Of a stretch of DNA of 56,845 nt, positions 34,780 to 45,344 are shown piece by piece; position 1 is the stretch's first letter, and every line of letters starts with the position of its first letter. Below the pieces are notes generated by a model. That model was not told the DNA's origin and made no database searches. It worked only from the letters and a program-made list of their open reading frames with translations. The position numbers and the translations under genes are program-made. The stretch spans positions 1-56,845 of IMG/VR virus record IMGVR_UViG_3300036985_002500. One strand, written 5' to 3'. This DNA comes from a virus (Duplodnaviria > Caudoviricetes).

Positions 34780-37700
34780 TTATTTTAACATTTTGTATTG
34801 TACCCCAGTATTTGTAACTAAAAATTCCTCATCTGATATACTAACTATTTTGAATATAACTAGTCTTCCTTGTTGTCTATAATAAGGAGATAATAATTTT
34901 CTAGGTATATAACATTCGTATCCAAAGTAATCTTTTATGCTTAATGGATTAAGCACAGAATCTACTACCGAAGAGAATGTATCCGTTTTATAGTCATCGT
35001 ATGAATCATAGAAGTATATCTTCTCTGGTTTACTATTTGAGTTTACTCTTATTCTTATAAATTCTTTATCTGAATATATTTCCTTATCAGAAACTCCAGC
35101 TACATAACATTCAATAGGATCTCCATTCAATTCATTCCCTACACCAAGTTGGTAAGTTTCAGAATCCTTCATTCCATATAGCTTATTTCCTATGTACAAA
35201 TACTTGTCGTACAAGTACGAACTTTGGCATTGAAGAGCAGATTGGTCTATTCCGTATATAAGTGTGCTTACAGCGTCTTTTAATTGGTTGTTTAGTACAC
35301 TCATTATATACTCTTTATTGAGTACATTAAATCCACCACATAATTTTGAACTATAACCTATTCCTAAGTTGGAAATAAATTTAGTATTCAATAAATCAAA
35401 GAATCCAGTTTTAGATATCTCAGTCAATGAATTTCCAGCGAAAGAATATGCAGATGTATTATTAACAAAAAATATAGCGTTTGAGTATTCAGCCCATGAC
35501 CTCCATGTTTCATCACTCATCCCAATACTTCTATCTATCCATAATTGGTTTAATATACCTCCTATATCAGAACCAACAGTAGCTAGTTCATTTGCATTTA
35601 TCTCATGGATAATTCTCTTATCTATAACTAAAAGACATATTCCGCTATCTGTAAATGCATACAAGTTATTTCCCTTATCTTCTGACAATGCACTCCAAGC
35701 AAACTTTATACATCCCGTATCATCAGATATATCATAATAGTTAGGCACTGGGAATGTCTTTACAGTATCCGAATTCTGAACATTCACTGGTCTTTTCTGT
35801 GACCAAACTATTCTAGTACAGAAATCTGTTTGCTCTGTATATCCAATTAATGGTACACTTGTATATGTATCGGTAGTCTGTGACTTTGAATAATCTATAT
35901 TTACTTGAGGTAAGAATCTAAATCCACCAAAAGGCCATAAGCTCCATTCGTATCCATAGTCATTAAAGTAATCAGGTCTTAAATGATTATCTTGTTCAAA
36001 TGTTGTTCTCTCAGATTCATTACCAGTCTTCCACTTGTAAGGTCTTGGTATATAGTTTATTAATGGGAATGTCTGATCTGAAATTGCCTTATCTGGAGAT
36101 TCATTATTAAACTGAAAAGATAAATTACATCTAGTCTCAGCAGTCCACATTAATATAAGTTGTCTTATAAATGCTGACCTACCAAATACACTTGAGAATC
36201 TAAATTTATCTGTTGAGTAGTTGTGTCCACCAAGTATATCTGAGTTTATCCAAACTCTATAGTTATCTGCATATTTATAGCTTCTAAATGGAAATGGTAT
36301 ATTCATTAAGAATTCATTCTCAGTAGATGCAACTTTACCATTACTAGAGTATTGATTATCTTGATGAGACCATACTGAATCATTAATATATGTATCTCCA
36401 CCAAATATTCTTACTGGTATTCTATTATCATATTTTACATATACTTTGTATCCAAGTGGAACAATTGTAAACTGCTCATAACCAGTAACAACACTAAATT
36501 GAAGCGTAAATCCTTCATATAGTTTAGGTGAATTCTGATTACTCTTGTATATACCAAATATTTGATATGTTCCAGATGAGTCAGTAACTGTAGTCGATCC
36601 ATTAATACTAGCATCCATAGCAACTAAAAGAGCAGTTATAACAGCTCCAGATAAAAAGTTAGCATTTAACCAACGATATTCTATTCCGTTCTCATCCTCT
36701 AGATATACAAATCTATATAATGAATTATAACTATTGTATAGTTCTCCAGTTATTTTAGGTATACAATCTTCCCATCTCTCAGAAACTAATTCAACTGTTT
36801 GATAATCAGCACCGCTAGACTCTAATACTAAAGACTTGAATTTTATATAGTTACCAGTATACTTGTACTGAGTAGTAAGTCCTGGATTTATATTTACATC
36901 TTTTACAAGGTTTATAACGTATAATGGTTCTCTCCAATTCATTACGCCATCGTCATAAGCATCTCTATCTCCAGCTGTATACATTTCATTGTATATATCT
37001 TGAGACAATTCAATATCCAAATACTCTTGCAGACCTGTCTTGGTAGCAATTATAGAAGCTGTATTTACATTGAATATATTATTTGTTCCATTATTAGATG
37101 GAAAAGATGGAGTATCACTAGGCGAGAAATTTGTATACTTACCATAAGCCACATATCCAAAACCATCAGGATCTGGAAGACCAGTATTTGTACCTAGACC
37201 TGGATTAATAGTTCCAACTCCAGGGATTCCTATTCTATCTCTTAATACTCTAGCGTATGTAATTATATCAGCTCCCTCATCTCTTGTTCCATCCCCAATA
37301 TCTACTGGGCTATTAATATGAGAATATACTTCTGAGAAATAACCAAGAGGAGATACGCATTGTATCTGATATGTAGATGGATTATTTAAGAAATCTTCAT
37401 AAATATCTGGAGACGTATGCTGTAAGTCAGGGAAATAAGCGTGAAGATGATTTTTAAATTTACCTGAATCATTTCCTAGTCCATCATTAGCAGTAAATAA
37501 AGAATAGAATCCAAGACCTTGAGCTAATACTCTTCTTGCTGGCTCTGTTTGAACAACTGAGAATCCATCAGCAAATTGTGGATAGCTTAGTAATCCTTTG
37601 AATGCTGCCCCTTGTGCGTAATAATCAAGACCAAATGCTTGTGGCTTAGAAGGAATAAAATCATCAAAAGCTGCTGATACTTCATCATTTATTAGAGATG

Positions 37701-39285
37701 GATAATTACTTGTATTATCATTCTGTGATGTAGGATGTAAAGTAGCGTATGGTTGATTATCTTCAAAGCTAATTAATTCATCTTCAGCAGTTTCAGTCTT
37801 AAACTCTGAATCATAATGGTCAAAAACTTCATTTGTTAATGTTATATCTCCAACTGTATTTGCTGCCTTTACAGCTCCCAAGTAAGATGTACCTAATGAT
37901 AATGCTGATACCTCATCTCTTCTGTTTGGAAACTCAAAGTTCTCAGCCCCATCTATTTGTTTAGCATAGCTTGGATTATTGTTATCGTCAAACAATACCA
38001 CAGCAAATCCAGTTCTTTCACCACGCATATTACTTTTATACATCGCTGCATTATATACGTGCTTATGTCCTTCTTTACCAATCTTTTGTATTGTAGAAAA
38101 TATTAAATCTGTATTATCTACAAAAGTAATATCATCATCTAAATTTTTTGATTCATACCCAATATTCATTAAGTATAATCTCTCATTAAAATATCGGATT
38201 GACTTAGCTCTTCTTATTGAAGAATATTTACTCGTCTGCTCTGCTAAATCTAAAACTACTGCACCTTCAAATGTAGCTTCTGCTCTATCAAGAACATCTA
38301 TTACATTCAATCCAGTAAGAACGGGTATACTTGCAATAATCTCAGATACTGGTGGATTACCAAATGGATCTCCAGCGTACCATGAGTCTCTTCTTAATTC
38401 TATAAAAGAAAATTCAGAGTCATTTTCGTATTTTATTTTTATATGATTTCCATAAATAGTTGAACTAGATACATTTGGCTCATCACTAAATGTTCTACTA
38501 TTAGGAAAATATGGATCAAATTGACTGCTATTATTTCTAACTACTGGAATCAATTCAGTAATTGGAGAGAATGGAGTTCTATCACCATCTATTGATACAT
38601 ATCTATATGAGTAAGAATAACTACCAACAGCCAATCCTGATGTTCCAACTACTACATTAAATGATCCAGAAGAACCAGCTACTTGAGCTACAAATGCTGG
38701 CTTATATAAAATACCTTTTGTCTGTATAGTATACTCATCAAGATTAAAATCATCAAAGTATTTTTGATTACATAGGATTCCATCATCTAACATTCCAGAA
38801 TTAGACATTAAGTCTTTTACTGAAAATACCATTGGAGGAGTTGCGTTATTTGTGATGTATATTTCACCGCCTACACAAGCTTCATTCTTATCGTATTGTA
38901 ATGGGTAATTAATATCTATAGGAAAGTACTCACTCATTAATACGATTTGTCCATCTATTCTCATAAATGGAAACTCACCTATCTCTGTAGATGCCCAAAC
39001 CTCAATGATATGCATATTAACTTCTAGCGTTAGCATACATTCGTAATCAGCACTTAATGTACCTGGTACAAGAAGAAAACATCTATTGTCTGAATTGTCA
39101 AATAATAAATCTTCTCCCTTTATTTTCTTTTTAGCAAGATTGTCACCATCCATTGACATACTACGCATATTAAGAGCGTCAACATGAAGGCCAGTATCAT
39201 CAGGGCCTAACATCTCTTTGTTAGAATCTGAATTTATACCTTTTTCGTATGTCTTTATATCAATAGGAGAATGCTGTTGTTTCAT
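34780..39285 (-). CDS. Tail nozzle/stabilisation (muzzle-like) protein
   Basis: 1501 aa; KGINSD..DALNMR N-terminus, RIVWS motif, beta-propeller-like C-terminus. Confidence 0.7.
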   Translation of the reverse strand: MKQQHSPIDIKTYEKGINSDSNKEMLGPDDTGLHVDALNMRSMSMDGDNLAKKKIKGEDLLFDNSDNRCFLLVPGTLSADYECMLTLEVNMHIIEVWASTEIGEFPFMRIDGQIVLMSEYFPIDINYPLQYDKNEACVGGEIYITNNATPPMVFSVKDLMSNSGMLDDGILCNQKYFDDFNLDEYTIQTKGILYKPAFVAQVAGSSGSFNVVVGTSGLAVGSYSYSYRYVSIDGDRTPFSPITELIPVVRNNSSQFDPYFPNSRTFSDEPNVSSSTIYGNHIKIKYENDSEFSFIELRRDSWYAGDPFGNPPVSEIIASIPVLTGLNVIDVLDRAEATFEGAVVLDLAEQTSKYSSIRRAKSIRYFNERLYLMNIGYESKNLDDDITFVDNTDLIFSTIQKIGKEGHKHVYNAAMYKSNMRGERTGFAVVLFDDNNNPSYAKQIDGAENFEFPNRRDEVSALSLGTSYLGAVKAANTVGDITLTNEVFDHYDSEFKTETAEDELISFEDNQPYATLHPTSQNDNTSNYPSLINDEVSAAFDDFIPSKPQAFGLDYYAQGAAFKGLLSYPQFADGFSVVQTEPARRVLAQGLGFYSLFTANDGLGNDSGKFKNHLHAYFPDLQHTSPDIYEDFLNNPSTYQIQCVSPLGYFSEVYSHINSPVDIGDGTRDEGADIITYARVLRDRIGIPGVGTINPGLGTNTGLPDPDGFGYVAYGKYTNFSPSDTPSFPSNNGTNNIFNVNTASIIATKTGLQEYLDIELSQDIYNEMYTAGDRDAYDDGVMNWREPLYVINLVKDVNINPGLTTQYKYTGNYIKFKSLVLESSGADYQTVELVSERWEDCIPKITGELYNSYNSLYRFVYLEDENGIEYRWLNANFLSGAVITALLVAMDASINGSTTVTDSSGTYQIFGIYKSNQNSPKLYEGFTLQFSVVTGYEQFTIVPLGYKVYVKYDNRIPVRIFGGDTYINDSVWSHQDNQYSSNGKVASTENEFLMNIPFPFRSYKYADNYRVWINSDILGGHNYSTDKFRFSSVFGRSAFIRQLILMWTAETRCNLSFQFNNESPDKAISDQTFPLINYIPRPYKWKTGNESERTTFEQDNHLRPDYFNDYGYEWSLWPFGGFRFLPQVNIDYSKSQTTDTYTSVPLIGYTEQTDFCTRIVWSQKRPVNVQNSDTVKTFPVPNYYDISDDTGCIKFAWSALSEDKGNNLYAFTDSGICLLVIDKRIIHEINANELATVGSDIGGILNQLWIDRSIGMSDETWRSWAEYSNAIFFVNNTSAYSFAGNSLTEISKTGFFDLLNTKFISNLGIGYSSKLCGGFNVLNKEYIMSVLNNQLKDAVSTLIYGIDQSALQCQSSYLYDKYLYIGNKLYGMKDSETYQLGVGNELNGDPIECYVAGVSDKEIYSDKEFIRIRVNSNSKPEKIYFYDSYDDYKTDTFSSVVDSVLNPLSIKDYFGYECYIPRKLLSPYYRQQGRLVIFKIVSISDEEFLVTNTGVQYKMLK

Positions 39286-39470
39286 TTTGCTCTTCTTTTA
39301 AATGGCAATAATTCATTTGCTTTCTGTTGCCTCGCAGCACATCCGCAATCTTCGTTACCAGTTGCTTTAGCTACAAATTTAGCAATTTTATCAATACCAG
39401 TTGTCCTAGTGATGGCAGCTATTAAATCGCCAGCACCAGTCATCTTTGGTCTATTGGCTTTATGTATCAT
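39282..39470 (-). CDS. Small protein with DCGC motif
   Basis: GAGDLIAAIT..TGI...DCGC..R; ATG at 39470 avoids overlap. Confidence 0.7.
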   Translation of the reverse strand: MIHKANRPKMTGAGDLIAAITRTTGIDKIAKFVAKATGNEDCGCAARQQKANELLPFKRRAK

Positions 39471-39471
39471 A

Positions 39472-39744
39472 TTACCATTTAACTTTATCAGCCCAGTAAG
39501 CAGCACTCATCTTGCCTTTAGCTATATTCTTAGCGTGCCTTGTTTTGAATCTTTTTCTTCTACTAGCATAAGCTGCTGATTCACCTTCTTTTTTAGGTGA
39601 TCCTTTAACTCCTTGCTGTCCGAAACGAATTATCTTTTCAACACCATTTTGACAAGCCTTTACAACGTGTGATTTAGTTCTATGGCTAGGAGTTGATTTT
39701 GGAGAATTGCATTTCAGCATCTCCTTTCTTAACATCTCTGGCAT
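39472..39744 (-). CDS. Small basic conserved viral protein (DUF5754-like)
   Basis: IIRFGQQG...RRKRFKTRH...SAAYWA...W. Confidence 0.65.
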   Translation of the reverse strand: MPEMLRKEMLKCNSPKSTPSHRTKSHVVKACQNGVEKIIRFGQQGVKGSPKKEGESAAYASRRKRFKTRHAKNIAKGKMSAAYWADKVKW

Positions 39745-39749
39745 AACAA

Positions 39750-40520
39750 TTATTTATGGTACATAGATGAGATGTATTCTTCCATAGATTCTTTCTCTTT
39801 GGTATCCATCCCTTTTACTCTTTTCTTTGCTTTGTTCCAACTTCCATTAACTAAGTCAGTTAGCTTTGTATATGCATCAGTCCATAAAGGTCTGTATGTA
39901 CGTACATCTCTAGATTTCATAGCGTTATAGAATCTTTCTTCAACATAATCAACAACTGCTCTTTCAAAGAAACGTGGAACATTAGGTATATCACCATTAG
40001 ATACTCCCATTCCGTTGTATATGATTCTTATGTATGGATATGCTGTGCATTCTCTGCTCAACATAATTAAACCATTCTGAACATTGTAATAGAATTTAGG
40101 CCCGTGATAACCTTGAAGATTCATTGAGTTATAGCTTTGGTTTGGTTGATAGATGTCATTTGAGTTACTTCCGTCATCTTTTACCTTAGCAGTATATCCA
40201 GTTCCGTCTTGTGTATTGTTAAAAAGCCTCTTCCAATAAACTACCTGACTCTTTTGTGGATTACAGATAGTTCCAGTATATAAATAAATCTCACGAATAT
40301 TAAATACGTTTTCAGGCATTTTAATTTGACAATTCGTAGGCATATTTAAATCATCCTGAACCTTAAGCCAAAATGTATCAAATGAAAGCTCCTGAATAGC
40401 ATCTTGTATTCTAGATATATACCATCCCTTTGGGAATCCTTTTTTAAAATCAGAATCATTAACAGTAGATGTTATCTCTGCTAGTAAGTGATCTATTGAT
40501 ACAAAATCGTTAGCTGTCAT
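39750..40520 (-). CDS. Tail ring/adaptor protein
   Basis: 256 aa; helix-beta-helix layout between capsid and nozzle genes. Confidence 0.6.
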   Translation of the reverse strand: MTANDFVSIDHLLAEITSTVNDSDFKKGFPKGWYISRIQDAIQELSFDTFWLKVQDDLNMPTNCQIKMPENVFNIREIYLYTGTICNPQKSQVVYWKRLFNNTQDGTGYTAKVKDDGSNSNDIYQPNQSYNSMNLQGYHGPKFYYNVQNGLIMLSRECTAYPYIRIIYNGMGVSNGDIPNVPRFFERAVVDYVEERFYNAMKSRDVRTYRPLWTDAYTKLTDLVNGSWNKAKKRVKGMDTKEKESMEEYISSMYHK

Positions 40521-40535
40521 TTCTTATTGTATTTA

Positions 40536-41252
40536 TTAACCTTGAGCTGATGCTTCTGGTAATTGATTATATCTTGTATCTGCTGCGTTTTCAATTACAG
40601 CACCATCTTGTCCATCATTAACAATCTCATCAGGAACTAACATCACGTATCTACCTAATTGTAGAACTTGCATCATCAATTCTTGAAGTAACTCGTCTGG
40701 AATAGAAATATGGTCATCTAAGTTACAAACCAACTTTGGATCTAAACTAGACTTTATAGCTATCTCAACATCAAGTATCTCAGCGCACTCAATTCCAAGT
40801 AAGTATAGTCTATTAACTCCAACTCCATCAATCTGATGTCCAATTCTATAGTAGTAAGGACTATCTAGTGAGGGCTTAGTGTATTCATCAAGATACAAAT
40901 GCTGTACAGATCCAAGATTCACACCTTGAAACCATCGTTGAGCAAACATCGGCCCATCACATTTACAACTTTCAATATTATATGTTATGTAGATTATAGC
41001 TCCATTATTCTGAAGATCCATTATCTGAGTTGGCAAATCAATATACTTCTTTCCATTTGCATCTGTTAATACTGGAACGCTACTAAATGTGGAAGTAAAT
41101 AAATCAGAATTAGTTATTGCATTTTGCTGTACACGTATTCTATTCGCTACAGTTAATACCCAGTATAGAATTTGATTAAAAGTGAAGTCAGCATCATCAA
41201 ATGATGCGCTAAAGCTTTTCTGTAAGTCATAAACTACATATCTATACGTCAT
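40536..41252 (-). CDS. Tail ring/adaptor protein
   Basis: 238 aa; IPDEL...L C-terminal helix. Confidence 0.6.
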   Translation of the reverse strand: MTYRYVVYDLQKSFSASFDDADFTFNQILYWVLTVANRIRVQQNAITNSDLFTSTFSSVPVLTDANGKKYIDLPTQIMDLQNNGAIIYITYNIESCKCDGPMFAQRWFQGVNLGSVQHLYLDEYTKPSLDSPYYYRIGHQIDGVGVNRLYLLGIECAEILDVEIAIKSSLDPKLVCNLDDHISIPDELLQELMMQVLQLGRYVMLVPDEIVNDGQDGAVIENAADTRYNQLPEASAQG

Positions 41253-41253
41253 A

Positions 41254-42012
41254 TTATAATAATGTTAGTAATTGTTGTATATCTTGGGTTGAAACTGAAT
41301 TCAAAGTTGTTTGGTCTCCTTGTTTGTAAGAGATATAATTTAATGCTTTATCAAATAGCAATTGGAATACACTATTTGGAAAGTTTATAACATCATTTAT
41401 TGTAAGAATCTCATCTGGTTTCTTAACCCAAAATATTGTTACCTTCTCATTTATAAGTCTAGGTCTAATCTCTATCTCCTGAGAGAATGAATCGTTATAT
41501 GAATCTCTGTAGTTTATGGTAGATAAATATGCATATCTTTTTAAAGAGTCACATATTTGAGTTCCTTCGTATCCGTTCTCAAATGGATTTTCTCTTGATG
41601 TAGCCCATTCTTCAACAGATAGTCTCTTACAGCTATTAGATGATGCAATATGAATTAGATTATCTAAGTAGTAGCTTCTGTTTGTATCTGGAGTTACTGG
41701 TACTGGAACTAATGTATTTACTTGAAAGTCTATCTTCACATATACTGACAATATTGTCCATAGTTCTTCAGGAAAAACATTCAGGGATACTCTGGAGTTA
41801 TTGTTCGTTAAGAACACCCCAGAGTATGCCAATTCCCTAAAAATTTCCTCGCCTATTTTATTTTGACCATACGCAGAATTAATAACAGAAGTCAACCATT
41901 TTACAGAAGCATTTATTGCAGGGATATAATCTAAACTGTCTAAGTAATGATCAGATCCTTCCGCATCTAATGCGAATGCTAATTGATTTCGTAATTCTAA
42001 CGCAGTAATCAT
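41254..42012 (-). CDS. Tail ring/adaptor protein
   Basis: 252 aa; EIRP...W.KKP...FP....L...AL pattern. Confidence 0.6.
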   Translation of the reverse strand: MITALELRNQLAFALDAEGSDHYLDSLDYIPAINASVKWLTSVINSAYGQNKIGEEIFRELAYSGVFLTNNNSRVSLNVFPEELWTILSVYVKIDFQVNTLVPVPVTPDTNRSYYLDNLIHIASSNSCKRLSVEEWATSRENPFENGYEGTQICDSLKRYAYLSTINYRDSYNDSFSQEIEIRPRLINEKVTIFWVKKPDEILTINDVINFPNSVFQLLFDKALNYISYKQGDQTTLNSVSTQDIQQLLTLL

Positions 42013-42017
42013 AATAA

Positions 42018-42806
42018 TTAAGCTATTGTTTTTTCTACTATACTTCTTCCTCTTTGATCTACGACAGAGTTTTTAATTCCACCATAAAGCATCTTCTCTT
42101 GTTGAGCGATTGATCTCTTAGCAATAGTCTCTACAAGTTGCTTACGCATCATCTCAGGGCTCTGACTAACAGAAATTCCTTCTTGTTTTGCTCTAGCGAT
42201 AATCTGCATATCAGATAATCTTGCAATAGACTGCTGTGCCTCAATCATTTTCTGCGCCCATGTAGCATCAACATTCATTGCTGACTCCATATTTTCATAG
42301 AACGCAATTCCAAATTGACTATGATTTCTCAAGTAATCAACTACTTCTCTTGACTGAACCTTTACAGAAGATACGGATACAACTTGAATGTTTCCTTTTA
42401 CTCCTCTTTTCTTTGTTCTAATCAATGGTTGGAATCTAAGTGCGCCATGTGGTGGTACATCTTCAGCTCCTCTTTTCTTATCTCCATGAATAGAGAAGTT
42501 AAATGAGAACGCAAAGAATACTACTGGTGCATCTAACCAATCATCTTCAAGGTCTTTAACATAATCTAAATCATCATCTAGTTCTTTTTGAGCAGATAAT
42601 AGATTTAATTTATTTAATTTTAAGTTGAATGTATTGGTTAATTTCTCTTCCATTTCACGCATTAACTTTTCTACAAAAGATAAAGGCATTAATGGTTCTT
42701 TTTCCTCAACTACATTCTCCTCAACTGTTTCTTCAATGTGCAATTCCTGAGCTACTGTTTCTTCAGTTTCGAGAACTACATCTTTTTGTTTTTTTTCTAC
42801 TGCCAT
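42018..42806 (-). CDS. Hypothetical virion-associated protein
   Basis: 262 aa directly after the capsid gene. Confidence 0.7.
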   Translation of the reverse strand: MAVEKKQKDVVLETEETVAQELHIEETVEENVVEEKEPLMPLSFVEKLMREMEEKLTNTFNLKLNKLNLLSAQKELDDDLDYVKDLEDDWLDAPVVFFAFSFNFSIHGDKKRGAEDVPPHGALRFQPLIRTKKRGVKGNIQVVSVSSVKVQSREVVDYLRNHSQFGIAFYENMESAMNVDATWAQKMIEAQQSIARLSDMQIIARAKQEGISVSQSPEMMRKQLVETIAKRSIAQQEKMLYGGIKNSVVDQRGRSIVEKTIA

Positions 42807-42824
42807 AATATTTTATTTAAAATA

Positions 42825-42851
42825 TGAGGGAGAAGATTTTCCCCTCCCTCA
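42825..42851 (-). terminator. Terminator/stabilising hairpin after the capsid gene
   Basis: TGAGGGAG...CTCCCTCA stem. Confidence 0.7.
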
Positions 42852-42871
42852 ATTTCATTAATGATTATTTC

Positions 42872-44107
42872 TTATTGTACATCCAACCAAGCGCAAGCAA
42901 GTGGGTTATGGAATTTAACTCCCATGTTACAATCAACCCAAACATCACCATAACGCTTAGGAACTCCATCCTCTAATTTAAGAGTATCTCCAGAACGCTC
43001 ACCCCATAATTGTGTACGCTTAATATTTTTCATATCAAGAATAACAATACGGTTAGCAAAAGAAGCAGGGAAAGATGCAGCATCTTCAAATCGCTTGTAA
43101 GGTACAAGAACGATACGAGAAGAACCAAGGTTAACCTCTTTCAAGTTCAACAATGCGATATCATCATTTGGTGCATAACGAGTCAATTCTTCTTTGTAAG
43201 CCAAAGATAACATACGATGCATACGTGGTGTCATAAACGCCATACGTGCTTGTCCGTAATCTCCGTACTCAGAAGACAAAACGATATCTTCAAATGCATC
43301 AACCAAAGTAGCTGTAGTAGCAAGTGCGTTAGGAGAACCAGCCTCTAACATTGAACTAAATACACCACCAGTAGTTTTAGCTACAGTACCATTTTGTGTA
43401 ACAACTTCACCTTTTTGTCCTGTCCAAAATGCATTAGATAAGTCAATTCGGTGTTGGTTAAACATTGCACTACGCTCCATTTCAAGGAAGTTAGAAGTAG
43501 TACCCATGTTTTTCAACTTGTGCAATTCAACTTCTGAGTAACGGATAGCTTTGTTGAACAATTGTACGTAGTTGTTACGTTCGATTGTAGAAGCACGGAA
43601 GTACTGAGCAAAACCTTCAGAACCATCGTAGTCAACAGTAGATACGTTAGCCAATACATCATCAACTGCAACAGCTGGTAAAGTATCACCATTGTATGGA
43701 GAAACAGTAATCGTTAACAAAGATGTATCAACAAAAGTAACATTACCTTTTTGTCCATTAGGATAAGAGATAATTGTGTTAGTTGAAATGTTCTCTACAG
43801 AAACTACAGAAATAGTTTGAGTAGTTGGGAAAGAAACAGATCCAGAAATAGCAGTAGCTACTAATGGCTCTCTTTGGTAACCCATTTCTTGATAGAAGAA
43901 CTCATCAGAATTGATTTGCTCTGCTTCAACCATATTCAACAACTTCAAATCCATGAATTGTTGTGGTGCAGCATCAAAAATCGCACGATTAGTTAATTTT
44001 TGAATCATTTTAGACACATCATGTCCGTACAATTCTGCATATTCAGAACCAACTGCGTTTAAGTTTTGGTTATTGAATTTTGCACTTAGGTCATTATATA
44101 ATGCCAT
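42872..44107 (-). CDS. Major capsid protein (HK97 fold, DUF5309-like)
   Basis: NYVQLF, H..DL..AFW.G, TGG motifs; follows portal and scaffold; downstream hairpin. Confidence 0.85.
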   Translation of the reverse strand: MALYNDLSAKFNNQNLNAVGSEYAELYGHDVSKMIQKLTNRAIFDAAPQQFMDLKLLNMVEAEQINSDEFFYQEMGYQREPLVATAISGSVSFPTTQTISVVSVENISTNTIISYPNGQKGNVTFVDTSLLTITVSPYNGDTLPAVAVDDVLANVSTVDYDGSEGFAQYFRASTIERNNYVQLFNKAIRYSEVELHKLKNMGTTSNFLEMERSAMFNQHRIDLSNAFWTGQKGEVVTQNGTVAKTTGGVFSSMLEAGSPNALATTATLVDAFEDIVLSSEYGDYGQARMAFMTPRMHRMLSLAYKEELTRYAPNDDIALLNLKEVNLGSSRIVLVPYKRFEDAASFPASFANRIVILDMKNIKRTQLWGERSGDTLKLEDGVPKRYGDVWVDCNMGVKFHNPLACAWLDVQ

Positions 44108-44146
44108 AATTTACAGTTTAATTTACAATTTATAATTTACAATTTA

Positions 44147-45313
44147 TCACGAATAAGGATCGCCTTTAAACAATCCACTCAAGTGACCTACTGCCTGAGT
44201 ATTCATCCCCTGGGTTGTACCAGCTGATTTATTTTTTCTCAATGCTTTAGGACTTGAATCAACTATCTTCTGATTAGCCTCACTCTCACCTTTTCTTTTT
44301 GCTGACTTCTTAACAGTTTCCAACATCTTCTTACCATACATCGCATAAGCTACTAATTCAGCAGCGTCTTCATTATATGCTCCGTCTTGTTTCATAAACA
44401 AATTATCTAGTTTCCCCTCAACCAAGATACTCCGAATTTTGCTAATTTCGGACTTACTGAAGTCAGGGTAAGCCTTACCAAGATTCTCAACGGAAAGTAG
44501 CGCACTCTTCTTCATATTCTGAAATTCAGAATTCTGCTTTTGAATGAACTGCTCACGATCAGCCTCTATTGCTTGTTTGTCTTCGCTAAACATTCGTTTT
44601 GTTGTTCTTGCTAAAAGCTTTATTCTATCCTCAAGTTCTTCTTCGTCTATTTTGTCATCCTTAAATGCCTCATATAACTCATCGTACTCGTCTGGAAGAT
44701 AATGCTGGACAAGGTTTTCAATCTCCTGATCTCTAAAATCACCTGAAAAGTCCAGTCTTTCATTACTGCTAAAAGCTTTAGAGTAATCATCACCAGCAGC
44801 CCATAACTGAACCGCCATTCTAATGTCTTGTGGCATAGCTTGAAGATCTGATGATAATGCCTCAAAATCTCTTTTGACATCAGCACCTTCTTGGGCTTGA
44901 TTTCTCCACGTATCTACAGAAGCAAAGAACTTTGAAGCGTCATTCACACCATAATGGGAATTGATAAAATTAATCATTTCCTTTTGCGGTTCGAAATTCA
45001 GCTTTACCTCTTTAGCTTTTTTAGGAGTAGATAAGATTCCAAAAATGTCTTCAACATCATCTTCTTCTTCGTCTTCAGATTCGGAATCATCTTCCTCTTC
45101 TTCTTCCTCTTCTTCTTCATTTGCTTGAGAGCTTGTAGATAAACTAGCCATCAAGTCTTTGTACTCTGCCGAGTTTGCGAAAGATTCATCCATCTGTGCC
45201 AAAGCTTCTATCTGTCGAATCTGTTCACTCATTTCTGGCGTGAACGATTCTTCAGAGTAATTATTAGCTTCAGATGCACGATCAATTTCTTGTTCAAAAA
45301 TGTTCTCGCTCAT
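44147..45313 (-). CDS. Capsid scaffolding protein
   Basis: Very acidic, coiled-coil, basic C-terminus, between portal and capsid; TATTTTTG at 45332-39. Confidence 0.7.
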   Translation of the reverse strand: MSENIFEQEIDRASEANNYSEESFTPEMSEQIRQIEALAQMDESFANSAEYKDLMASLSTSSQANEEEEEEEEEDDSESEDEEEDDVEDIFGILSTPKKAKEVKLNFEPQKEMINFINSHYGVNDASKFFASVDTWRNQAQEGADVKRDFEALSSDLQAMPQDIRMAVQLWAAGDDYSKAFSSNERLDFSGDFRDQEIENLVQHYLPDEYDELYEAFKDDKIDEEELEDRIKLLARTTKRMFSEDKQAIEADREQFIQKQNSEFQNMKKSALLSVENLGKAYPDFSKSEISKIRSILVEGKLDNLFMKQDGAYNEDAAELVAYAMYGKKMLETVKKSAKRKGESEANQKIVDSSPKALRKNKSAGTTQGMNTQAVGHLSGLFKGDPYS

Positions 45314-45344
45314 AATTTATTATTTATTTGTCAAAAATAGTAAT